DNA from: a virus
Lineage: Duplodnaviria; Caudoviricetes
Reading direction: 5' to 3' (one strand)
IMG/VR virus record: IMGVR_UViG_3300030330_003968
Span: 5,711-69,710 of that record
Length of the DNA stretch: 64,000 nucleotides
In this document: piece after piece, positions 29,771-38,244 of the stretch
Numbering within the stretch: position 1 is the stretch's first letter
Layout: each line of letters starts with the position of its first letter
Program-made: the position numbers and the translations under genes
The notes under the pieces: model-generated
Databases searched by the model: none
The model's input: the letters and a program-made list of their open reading frames with translations, nothing else
What the model was told of the DNA's origin: nothing

Positions 29771-30520
29771 AGAAGAGGACTGATTTCTTAGGAAATCGGG
29801 TTCACCCATGAATTGAATGGGCAGTTTTAGCAATTTCTGTAAAAAATTGCAACCCTTCAGGGTTTTATGCGCTACACAAATTTTCACTATATTTCATTTA
29901 AAACCATATGGTACTAAACTTCGGCTATGAGTCCGACAAATGGTGATATATAGGGCAGGGGTCGGGGGTCGGGTTGCCTTATAAGCGGTTGAGGGTCGCA
30001 TGTGGTGTCAAGTGATGGACAACCATGACCCATTATTTCAGACAATTTGTCTTTTATCTGTATGTATAACCAAGACAATATATAAACTATATCTAATTAA
30101 ATGAATATAGTTATAATTTATTATTCTTCTTCTCTTATTGTTTAATAAAAGAAGTCAAACAATTTGTACTACTTAATTTTCTCGATGGGAATTCCCACAT
30201 TTTCCCATTAGTATGAGAAAACATTTTGTTAGAGTTATTCTTAATATCTAATTCATTATGTATTATTTAGTATCTTTTCCCCTTTTCCCTTTCCTTCCTT
30301 ACTTACTTACCTTACTTTTCTTCTTCTTTGTGTGTATATTTGTGTATATATGTGAGAGGGGGTAAGTGTGGGAAAAGTGGGATAATGGGAAAAGGTAATG
30401 TTTTGTTAGAGATATTTGGATTATCTCATGCAAAATATTATCTCATACATTTTGTACGATGGGATAATGGGAAAAGGTGTCATTTTGTATGAGTTATTGT
30501 TTTGTAATTATTTACAAAAT
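29771..30520. other. Long non-coding region, candidate replication origin/control region
   Basis: no credible ORF; G-run clusters, AT-rich core, direct and inverted repeats, pyrimidine tract. Confidence 0.45.
30378..30478 (+). repeat. 19-bp direct repeat TGGGATAATGGGAAAAGGT x2
   Basis: copies at 30378-30396 and 30460-30478; related inverted copy TTTTCCCATTA near 30200-30210. Confidence 0.8.
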
Positions 30521-30537
30521 ACTTGGATGTGAAAAAC

Positions 30538-30804
30538 ATGACAGATACAAAAAAGAAGATAAAACAGACAATGGATGAAATTAGGGATTTCCTAATCCAA
30601 AAGAATGAACAATATGGCGATTCCGTGATGAACCCAATTAGGGTTTTCTCTAAAGCAGGAATTGATGAAGGGTTAAGAGTTAGAATTGATGATAAACTCA
30701 ATAGATTAATGCAAGGTAATGATAGCATGGAATCTGATGAGGATGTTGTTAAAGATTTGATAGGTTATTTGACCCTACTATTAATTCAAATTAGGGAGGA
30801 ATAA
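30538..30804 (+). CDS. DUF1599/Nmad1-like nucleotide-modification-associated protein
   Basis: KNEQYGDS...RVRIDDKLNRL...ED...DLIGY pattern. Confidence 0.7.
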   Translation: MTDTKKKIKQTMDEIRDFLIQKNEQYGDSVMNPIRVFSKAGIDEGLRVRIDDKLNRLMQGNDSMESDEDVVKDLIGYLTLLLIQIREE

Positions 30805-30815
30805 ACCTGGGAAAA

Positions 30816-31001
30816 ATGAAACAACTTTACTATATGTTAGAAAATAACTTTAGCGAAGACAAAATCGCTTGGTATATTTTTCTAAATGGTCGTGCTGGCA
30901 ATTGGCATAAGTGTAAAGAAATTGCAAGAGAAATGAGGGAAGATTATGAAAACACAAGAAAAGAAACTGAAGATGCAAGCAAAACTGAACCTACAAACTA
31001 A
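30816..31001 (+). CDS. Hypothetical protein
   Basis: short ORF in a co-directional run. Confidence 0.45.
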   Translation: MKQLYYMLENNFSEDKIAWYIFLNGRAGNWHKCKEIAREMREDYENTRKETEDASKTEPTN

Positions 31002-31341
31002 AGAATTGAGAGAGATTCTTAATCAGATTGAGGCGAAGAAACAAAAAGATATTGCTAATTATGGCAAGCCTTTGAAGAACAAGCAATTGAGAGATAAGGC
31101 TGAGGCTAAGAAAAGAGCAATTAAGAAAACTAAGGAAAGTTTGAAGAATATTGAAACCAAACTTGAACAGAAGTTTAAGTTAAATCAAAGGGATTCAAGA
31201 GTCCTTGATGCAATAAGAGGAAACTCCCATATTGCAAATACGACTTCAAACAAGAAAGGTTCAAGATTTGATAACCGATTTAATGGTTCAGCAAATTCAA
31301 GAAGAAGTGCAAAACTATATCACAGGAGGAAAAAAGAATGA
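30946..31341 (+). CDS. Basic coiled-coil hypothetical protein
   Basis: K/R-rich ORF with ATGA overlap downstream. Confidence 0.55.
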   Translation: MKTQEKKLKMQAKLNLQTKELREILNQIEAKKQKDIANYGKPLKNKQLRDKAEAKKRAIKKTKESLKNIETKLEQKFKLNQRDSRVLDAIRGNSHIANTTSNKKGSRFDNRFNGSANSRRSAKLYHRRKKE

Positions 31342-31562
31342 CTGATTGTGTAGCATGTGGATGTTTTATATCAGCAACAGGTAAATCAATTATCTGCGAT
31401 AGTTGTTATGAAGATATTGGTAGAGTAATTAAAAAGAACCCTTCTTGGAAGGAAGAGGTTGATGTAAAACTTAAAGAAGTATCAGAAACAATTGATGATG
31501 TTATGAAAGTTATTGAAAGATTGGAGGGTATTGTTAATGAAATACAAAAGAATCAGGATTAA
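31338..31562 (+). CDS. Small Zn-finger plus coiled-coil protein
   Basis: CVAC...CDSC. Confidence 0.55.
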   Translation: MTDCVACGCFISATGKSIICDSCYEDIGRVIKKNPSWKEEVDVKLKEVSETIDDVMKVIERLEGIVNEIQKNQD

Positions 31563-31767
31563 AATCAAAAAGTATCTTGAAGAAAATGGTCCAAAAAGTA
31601 CACACCAAATATATGAATATATTAATGGTAGTGAAAAGAATGGAATTCAGATGCAAGCATTGGCAAATGTATTGGCTAAGAGTCCATACATTAGAGAATC
31701 CCATACTGAAAGGGTCAAGGGAATTACACTCAATTCGTATAAAGGAAAGGTTTGGACTGTAAAATGA
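31537..31767 (+). CDS. Winged-HTH protein
   Basis: IKKYLEENGPKSTHQIYEYI...MQALANVL...W. Confidence 0.6.
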   Translation: MKYKRIRIKIKKYLEENGPKSTHQIYEYINGSEKNGIQMQALANVLAKSPYIRESHTERVKGITLNSYKGKVWTVK

Positions 31768-31922
31768 TGCGAAATGAGATACTGTACAATTTGTATAGTA
31801 TAGGGCATTGGCTTTTAGTCATTATGTCCAATATATTAAACAAGAACCTTAATAGGCTCAGTTTAGTATGTAAATACGGTGAGGAACAGCCTAATGTCCA
31901 ATATCAAAAAAGGTGAAAAGAA

Positions 31923-32231
31923 ATGAGCAAAAATGTGAATGAATTGGAAACAATGTTGAAGGAACAGGTAGAAGCAGGTCTTATTACAGACTTTGAACTA
32001 CGAAGAATTATGAGTCGTGCAACAGGTGGAGTCTATCTTGATGAAAACCAAAATGCACAGTTTGAGTTGGCTAAGAATTTTATCAATGCGACTCTAACTA
32101 CTCTATCTAACTTAAATGTTGTAAGTGAAAAGAGAATGGAAAGTACCCGAAGGAAGATGGAAAAGGCTATTGTAAAGCATATTACAAATGGTGGAAATCT
32201 AACTGAAAATGGAGAACCCGTTTGGGAATAA
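31923..32231 (+). CDS. Hypothetical protein
   Basis: AGGTGA RBS; upstream ACCTTAATAG TATA-like box. Confidence 0.65.
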   Translation: MSKNVNELETMLKEQVEAGLITDFELRRIMSRATGGVYLDENQNAQFELAKNFINATLTTLSNLNVVSEKRMESTRRKMEKAIVKHITNGGNLTENGEPVWE

Positions 32232-32250
32232 ATAAAAGGAGATGAAAAGA

Positions 32251-32478
32251 ATGGTAAAAATTACAATTTTGAATGAAACAGGACACACAGAACTAACTCT
32301 TAGTGCAAGTGAAGCATTAGACCAAATTATCGACCACCCAACCCATTGGGCTTATGTTGATGGTGAATTGGTTTCAAGAGAAGATATTGCTAACATTGAT
32401 TTTAATGCGGTTGATGAAGTCGTATTGACTCAAGCAATTGTTGGTGGTTCTTGTACCATTGATGATGACGATTATTGA
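32251..32478 (+). CDS. Ubiquitin-like (ThiS/MoaD/SAMP beta-grasp) protein with extension after GG
   Basis: MVKITIL start, AYVDGELV, DEVVLTQAIVGG followed by SCTIDDDDY. Confidence 0.7.
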   Translation: MVKITILNETGHTELTLSASEALDQIIDHPTHWAYVDGELVSREDIANIDFNAVDEVVLTQAIVGGSCTIDDDDY

Positions 32479-32615
32479 TTAATATCAGTAATTAGAGTCT
32501 AAAGTTAGTATGCGACTATGGCATATGGTTTTGGTATTTTACCGATAAAATATTCTACTCATAGCAGTTTCCCGTCTGCTTTATCAAAACGGGATTTTTT
32601 TATTGAGGTTTCATT

Positions 32616-32990
32616 ATGTATTGGAAAAAAGAAAGTGGCTCAGAAGAATTTATTGAAATTTGTGATTATTTAGCGGAAAAGAGAAATGATTATTATACTT
32701 ATAGTCATTACCCAAGTCCTCTTTACCATATTAAATATCCTGTTTTGAATAAAGGTTGGAATACTCAATTAAAAGATATGATTGCCGAGGCAAAAGAAAC
32801 AATAAAGAATTCTTGGAGTGAAGAAACTGAAGAAGAACAAGCAAAAAGGTATGATTGGATAATGATACAAAAACTAAACAGATGGGCAAATAGTAATATT
32901 ACTTGGAAAGATGGCAAAGATGGCAGGAAAAGATTTGCCGAAGCAAAGGATATGATTTACTATTTCAAGAAAGAGGCGAACTTCTCATGA
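32616..32990 (+). CDS. Hypothetical protein
   Basis: ORF with GAGG RBS. Confidence 0.55.
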   Translation: MYWKKESGSEEFIEICDYLAEKRNDYYTYSHYPSPLYHIKYPVLNKGWNTQLKDMIAEAKETIKNSWSEETEEEQAKRYDWIMIQKLNRWANSNITWKDGKDGRKRFAEAKDMIYYFKKEANFS

Positions 32991-33313
32991 AGATAATTGG
33001 TGATTTCTGGTTTTACCTAAAAAATCTATATCCATTGTGGAAAGATATTAGGAGTCAAAGGAAATATTCAAGGTCTGTTGAAAAGAGGAAAAACGAAGAA
33101 GGTCTTTTGTCAGCATTTTTGTATGAATTTGAACAAAATATTATGGAAGAGATGCCGCAGGAGTTAGTTAAATTAATATTAACTGAATTTTGTGTAAATT
33201 ATTTCAGAATAACTGAGGAAAGTAAATCCGAAATGGATAAAGAATTAGAATCAACACTTGTACAGTATATGAATAAGTACGAGATTACTCTTGTGAGGTA
33301 TAATACTGCATAA
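32987..33313 (+). CDS. Hypothetical protein
   Basis: ATGA overlap with previous gene (MKIIGDFW). Confidence 0.55.
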   Translation: MKIIGDFWFYLKNLYPLWKDIRSQRKYSRSVEKRKNEEGLLSAFLYEFEQNIMEEMPQELVKLILTEFCVNYFRITEESKSEMDKELESTLVQYMNKYEITLVRYNTA

Positions 33314-33325
33314 GTAGAAAAACAT

Positions 33326-33413
33326 AGCGAGATGGCTGAGTTTGGTTAAAAGCGCAGGGCTTAAAATCCTGTCCGTATTTGGTTCGTGGGTTCAAATCCC
33401 ACTCTCGCTACCA
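33326..33413 (+). tRNA. trnL: tRNA-Leu (anticodon TAA), CCA encoded
   Basis: acceptor AGCGAGA/TCTCGCT, anticodon arm CAGGG-CTTAAAA-TCCTG, long variable arm, T arm GTGGG-TTCAAAT-CCCAC, ACCA end. Confidence 0.92.
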
Positions 33414-33434
33414 ATTCAATTTAATAATTAAAAT

Positions 33435-33506
33435 GGGCATATGGTGTAATGGATAGCATTCTAACCTTCTAAGTTGGAGATAGGGGTTCGATTCCTCTTA
33501 TGCCCG
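33435..33506 (+). tRNA. trnR: tRNA-Arg (anticodon TCT), CCA not encoded
   Basis: acceptor GGGCATA/TATGCCC, anticodon arm CTAAC-CTTCTAA-GTTGG, T loop GGTTCGATTCC. Confidence 0.9.
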
Positions 33507-33534
33507 CTTTAATTATTTTATGGAGATGATGGTT

Positions 33535-33765
33535 ATGACAATAACAGGAAAAGAGATTAAGAAAATGAGAAAGGAGATTGAATCATTAGGCGTAGAAATA
33601 GTTGAAATGATTAATGCAAGACATATTAAATTGAGGATTAGAAACCCTCAAACGGGAACAGTTAAACTAATTACTGTTTCTAAAACCCCAAGAGCAAGCG
33701 GGAGATGGGATGAAGTTAAATCATCCATAAGAAAAGTATTCAGAAAAGAAGGTGAAACAATATGA
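33535..33765 (+). CDS. HicA-like small basic protein
   Basis: helix-LGVEIV-RHIKL-beta-VSKTP-helix layout typical of HicA/dsRBD fold. Confidence 0.5.
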   Translation: MTITGKEIKKMRKEIESLGVEIVEMINARHIKLRIRNPQTGTVKLITVSKTPRASGRWDEVKSSIRKVFRKEGETI

Positions 33766-34085
33766 GTGATGAGAGAAAGAAATTGAAAGAAAGATGGCTG
33801 AAAAATATAGGACATACTGTTGCAGATAAACTTAGAGAGTGTATTATTTGTGGTAAAGGCATACAATCATGTGCAAAAACCAAGTCCTTAATTGGTGGTG
33901 TAGAACTAATTTCCTATGCTACATGGGGAAGTAGGCATGATTATACCTATAACGATTTTAATCGCAAGCAAATAGCATTTTGCATATGTGATGACTGCTA
34001 TGAAAAGAATATTGAGAAGGGGATAATATTTGTCAATATTAGAAATGACGATTTTTTGAAGCCTAAGAAAGAAGAAAAATCTTGA
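33762..34085 (+). CDS. Zn-binding hypothetical protein
   Basis: CIIC...WGSRHD...ICDDC. Confidence 0.55.
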   Translation: MSDERKKLKERWLKNIGHTVADKLRECIICGKGIQSCAKTKSLIGGVELISYATWGSRHDYTYNDFNRKQIAFCICDDCYEKNIEKGIIFVNIRNDDFLKPKKEEKS

Positions 34086-34170
34086 ATTTTTTGAAGACGA
34101 CAGCAAGAAACCCTATTTTTTTGCATTTTTTAGTGTAAAAAAGACTATGGGTAATATATATGGTGATAGT

Positions 34171-34617
34171 ATGAGAATAAGTAAATTTTATAGCGAGTAT
34201 AATATAGATGAAGAAGATGAGTTTTTCCTACCAAGTCGCATTTTTGAAGGTGATTTAAAAGCATCAGGTTGGAAGATAAAAGAGTCATTAAGTTTAGCAA
34301 ATTTCCATAGAAAATTTAATGACTTAAATGTTATCTGTTCTAATCCTAACTTTTATAGTGATGGACAGATAATTGGAGAAAGCCGAAAAAGTATAATTCA
34401 AGCAAGTGGTAATCCTATTATAAAATACAAAGGTAAAGAGTATTGGGATATTGGTAATCTTGTTAGAATACATGGCGATAAAGCAATAGCCGAAATGGGA
34501 GAATGGGAATGGTTACAAGTAATGGATTGGATAGTTGTAACAAAAAAAGACAATAGATTGTTAGCACAATTTAACAAATGGGATGAATTACCAACAAGAA
34601 AGGAAGTGGAAAAATGA
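34171..34617 (+). CDS. Hypothetical protein
   Basis: GGTGA RBS; ATGA overlap with RNR. Confidence 0.55.
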   Translation: MRISKFYSEYNIDEEDEFFLPSRIFEGDLKASGWKIKESLSLANFHRKFNDLNVICSNPNFYSDGQIIGESRKSIIQASGNPIIKYKGKEYWDIGNLVRIHGDKAIAEMGEWEWLQVMDWIVVTKKDNRLLAQFNKWDELPTRKEVEK

Positions 34618-36473
34618 ATAAAGCAAGTAAGATTTTAAGTGATGTGACGGTACATATGAAGTATGCAAAGTATTTACCCGAAAAAGAAAGAAGAGAAACA
34701 TGGGCTGAGTTATGTTATAGAAATATGGAGATGCATTTGAAAAAGTATCCTCATTTGGAAAGTCAAATAACTCAAACCTATGCTGAATATGTATTCAATA
34801 AAAAGATTCTACCATCTATGAGAAGTCTTCAGTTTGGAGGAAAGCCGATTGAAGTAGCACCTAATAGAATTTACAATTGTGCTTATTTACCAATTGATAA
34901 TATTGCTGCTTTTTCTGAGTCAATGTTTTTATTGTTAGGTGGTACAGGAGTTGGATATTCAGTACAATATAATCATATTGATAAGTTACCTGTAATTCAA
35001 CATCCTAACCCTAATAGAAAGAGAAGGTATCTTATTGGAGATTCTATCGAAGGTTGGGCTGATGCAATTAAGGTTTTAATTAAGTCATACTTTGGTAGGC
35101 TTTCATCAACACCTGATTTTGATTTTTCTGATATTAGAGCAAAAGGTGAAAGATTAATTACTTCTGGAGGAAAAGCACCCGGCCCTCAGCCACTAAAAGA
35201 ATGTTTAGTTAAAGTAGAAGGAATTCTAAAAGACATTCCAACAGGAGAGAAAATTACTCCAATTCAAGCACATGATATTATGTGTCATATTGCTGATGCA
35301 GTTTTAGCGGGTGGTATTAGACGAGCCGCTTTAATTTCTTTATTTAGTGCAGATGATATGGATATGATAACTGCTAAATCTGGAAATTGGTGGGAGTTAA
35401 ATCCACAAAGAGGAAGGGCTAATAATTCAGCCGTTCTTATTAGAAGTAGAATTGATAAAGATTACTTTATGAAATTGTGGAAGAGAATTGAAGAATCAGG
35501 TTCTGGAGAGCCTGGAATTTATTTTAGTAATGATAAAGATTGGGGAACTAATCCTTGTTGTGAAATAGCCTTGAGACCTAATCAATTTTGTAATCTTGTA
35601 GAAGTTAATGTTAGTGATGTTGTAAGTCAAGAAGATTTAAACTCACGAGTTGCTGCCGCTACCTTACTTGCTACTTTACAAGCAGGTTATACAGATTTCC
35701 ATTATCTTAGAGAAGTATGGAAAAAGACTACTGAAAAAGATGCTTTACTTGGGGTTAGTATGACAGGAATTGCATCTAATAAGTTGAAAGGGTTAAATGT
35801 TGAAGAGGCGGCTAATTTAGCGAAGGAAGTAAATGAGTTAATTGCAAAAGAGATTGGTATAAATCCTGCGGCAAGAATTACTTGTGTTAAACCTGCTGGA
35901 ACTACATCTTGTGTTTTAGGAACTTCAAGTGGTATTCATGCTTGGCATGATGATTACTATATTAGAAGAATTAGAGTTGGAAAGAATGAGGCGATATATA
36001 ATTACCTTGTAGAAAACCATCCTAATATTATAGAAGATGAACAATTTAGACCTCATGATACTGCGGTAATTTCTATACCACAAAAAGCACCTAAAGGGGC
36101 TACTACGAGAGATGAAACAGCAATTGATTTACTTAGAAGGGTAAAGTATATCGCAACAAAGTGGGTAAATACAGGACATAATACAGGTATGAATACTCAT
36201 AATGTATCAGCAACAATTTCTATTCGTAAATTTGAATGGGATGAAGTTGGAGAATGGATGTGGAATAATAGAAAATTCTACAATGGATTATCCGTTTTAC
36301 CTTATGATGGTGGTACTTATGTTCAAGCACCCTTTGAAACAATTATGAGGGGTAAATATGAAGATATGATGGCTTCATTGACTTCTATTGACTTGACTCA
36401 AGTTAAGGAAACAGAAGATAATACAGACTTGCAGGGCGAAATTGCTTGTGCAGGTGGAGTATGTGAAATCTAA
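34614..36473 (+). CDS. nrdJ: Class II (B12-dependent) ribonucleotide reductase
   Basis: YNC, AGGIRRAALI, TNPCCEI...FCNL, VKPAGT and C-terminal CAGGVCEI; no NrdB nearby. Confidence 0.93.
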   Translation: MNKASKILSDVTVHMKYAKYLPEKERRETWAELCYRNMEMHLKKYPHLESQITQTYAEYVFNKKILPSMRSLQFGGKPIEVAPNRIYNCAYLPIDNIAAFSESMFLLLGGTGVGYSVQYNHIDKLPVIQHPNPNRKRRYLIGDSIEGWADAIKVLIKSYFGRLSSTPDFDFSDIRAKGERLITSGGKAPGPQPLKECLVKVEGILKDIPTGEKITPIQAHDIMCHIADAVLAGGIRRAALISLFSADDMDMITAKSGNWWELNPQRGRANNSAVLIRSRIDKDYFMKLWKRIEESGSGEPGIYFSNDKDWGTNPCCEIALRPNQFCNLVEVNVSDVVSQEDLNSRVAAATLLATLQAGYTDFHYLREVWKKTTEKDALLGVSMTGIASNKLKGLNVEEAANLAKEVNELIAKEIGINPAARITCVKPAGTTSCVLGTSSGIHAWHDDYYIRRIRVGKNEAIYNYLVENHPNIIEDEQFRPHDTAVISIPQKAPKGATTRDETAIDLLRRVKYIATKWVNTGHNTGMNTHNVSATISIRKFEWDEVGEWMWNNRKFYNGLSVLPYDGGTYVQAPFETIMRGKYEDMMASLTSIDLTQVKETEDNTDLQGEIACAGGVCEI

Positions 36474-36577
36474 TACAATATGTAATAGATAAAAAAGGGA
36501 AGTTTTACTATTTTCTTCCCGAATATTGGAAGATATTGGATTTTTCAAAAAAATAGAAACAAATAAGAAGTGATAGA

Positions 36578-36793
36578 ATGAGCGAAAGCAAGGATTATGA
36601 AAACGAAGAAAAATATGAAGTGATAAGGGTAACTTCTTTGAAATCAAACGGTAGCGTTTGGACAAAGCAGTACGATAATGAAATTGATTGGAATAAGGTA
36701 GTACCAATGTTACTATCTAAGTTTCCTCATATTTTATTGAGTAAGCAAACATTGAAGCAAGACCCACTAACACACTTAATGAATATGGAGTGA
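36578..36793 (+). CDS. Hypothetical protein
   Basis: short ORF in co-directional run. Confidence 0.45.
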   Translation: MSESKDYENEEKYEVIRVTSLKSNGSVWTKQYDNEIDWNKVVPMLLSKFPHILLSKQTLKQDPLTHLMNME

Positions 36794-37044
36794 TTGAAAT
36801 GCAAATGAAAGGAAAGAAAGCAGTAGAATTTAGATTGATAGAGAGCGAAGAAATGCCACCTGTGGTAATTAAAAGAAACGAAACAGATAACGGTTGTGTA
36901 ATTGTATTAAACCGAGCACATACTATATGGCTTAGTTTAAATCGTAGCACAATTCCTGGAATTACACAAAGTTTAGCCGAAAAATTAAATCAATTGTGTG
37001 ATGGATATTTAGAACAACAACTGTTTAATGCGGAAATGGAGTGA
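36790..37044 (+). CDS. Hypothetical protein
   Basis: short ORF with GGAGTGA RBS. Confidence 0.55.
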   Translation: MIEMQMKGKKAVEFRLIESEEMPPVVIKRNETDNGCVIVLNRAHTIWLSLNRSTIPGITQSLAEKLNQLCDGYLEQQLFNAEME

Positions 37045-37049
37045 TTTTT

Positions 37050-38243
37050 ATGGAAGAATTTATTGGACATCATATTGAAGGTGAACATAAGCAAGAGATT
37101 AACATCAAAAGTGGTGCTTTGAATCAAGCACTAATTAGAAGATTAACAGAAATTAGTGTTTCTGATGATTGGGATGTAGCAAAACATGAATGGAGAGCAA
37201 CAGGACAAGTATGGTATAGACCTTTAAGATATGAAGGTACTAATATTCAACAATTACCTGCACCTCATGGGGATAATCATCCTAATTATTGTGTATGTGG
37301 ACATCCAATTGCATGGCATTTTGAGGTTGAAAATACTGAAAACAATACTTTAGAGATTCTTGGTAGTGAACACATTACTAATTGGATGATTATTCGCCAC
37401 TTAAAAGAAAACAAAGGTATTCCTGATGATGCAATTACTGAAGAGAAGATAATTGAATGGATGAAGGAAGCAGTTAAAACTATGAAAGCCGAGTGGTGGT
37501 GGAAAGAAAATGGGGAAGATTGGGAAGAAATGTTTAATGAAGTTAAAGACTTAGATATTAGAATTAATGTCCGTTCAAAAGGACAATATTACGACCATTC
37601 TACTAAAAGATATGAACCACACATGACTATTGCTAAAACAAGGACTAATTCATTAGGTAAAATGGCTTCTGTTGTTTGGCGTTGGAATCACCCCGATAAC
37701 CCAAGAAGACAAATTGATACAAGAGGTTATCCTAATGAACAATTATGGAGAGATGTTCAATTACTATTTGCTAAATCTCAAAAGTTTGAAAAGTACTTAG
37801 ATGAAAAAATGGAAGAGGTTGAACAAAGAAAAGCATATGTCCGTGAACAAAATCAAAAGGCTATGGAATTGGCTGAAGAAAGAAGGGAGAGAATTAAAGA
37901 GGAGGCTAATAGAATTAGAGCCGAAACAAAAAGAGAATATGATAATACAGCATTAGCAGAAGCCTGTGAGTATTATGATATTCCTGTATTTTCAGTAGAA
38001 GATGCAAAGAATGATTGGGAACGAAGATTCTTAAACGATATGTCTAACAGAATTATTAGAAAGCAAACACTTTCTGTTAATCAGTTAAATGCACTATTAA
38101 GAATCATTGCACCTGCATTAGATGAAACACCTGCATCTACAAAACAAATTAATTATATTAAAAAGTTAGGTGGAGAAGTTACAGAAAACATGACAAAAAG
38201 CCAAGCAAGTGATTTGATTGGAGAATTATTAAGGAGAAATTAA
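37050..38243 (+). CDS. Hypothetical protein with CxC..H motif, coiled coil and C-terminal helical motif
   Basis: CVCGHPI...LGSEHI; C-terminal ASTKQINYIKKLGG...QASDLIGEL. Confidence 0.7.
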   Translation: MEEFIGHHIEGEHKQEINIKSGALNQALIRRLTEISVSDDWDVAKHEWRATGQVWYRPLRYEGTNIQQLPAPHGDNHPNYCVCGHPIAWHFEVENTENNTLEILGSEHITNWMIIRHLKENKGIPDDAITEEKIIEWMKEAVKTMKAEWWWKENGEDWEEMFNEVKDLDIRINVRSKGQYYDHSTKRYEPHMTIAKTRTNSLGKMASVVWRWNHPDNPRRQIDTRGYPNEQLWRDVQLLFAKSQKFEKYLDEKMEEVEQRKAYVREQNQKAMELAEERRERIKEEANRIRAETKREYDNTALAEACEYYDIPVFSVEDAKNDWERRFLNDMSNRIIRKQTLSVNQLNALLRIIAPALDETPASTKQINYIKKLGGEVTENMTKSQASDLIGELLRRN

Positions 38244-38244
38244 A

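Larger units (their letters stand above)
26115..29912. promoter_or_regulatory. Dispersed palindromic element ACCATATGG(T), 7 copies
   Basis: copies at 26115, 26197 (GAACCATATGGTTC 26195-26208), 26296, 27272, 27937, 29218, 29903; several followed by CTTTG and a CCTTA/CCTATA box. Confidence 0.65.

Noticed and set aside
26115-29912. CCATATGG repeats as a CRISPR array
   Set aside because: Repeats are only 9-14 bp, irregularly spaced and separated by genes
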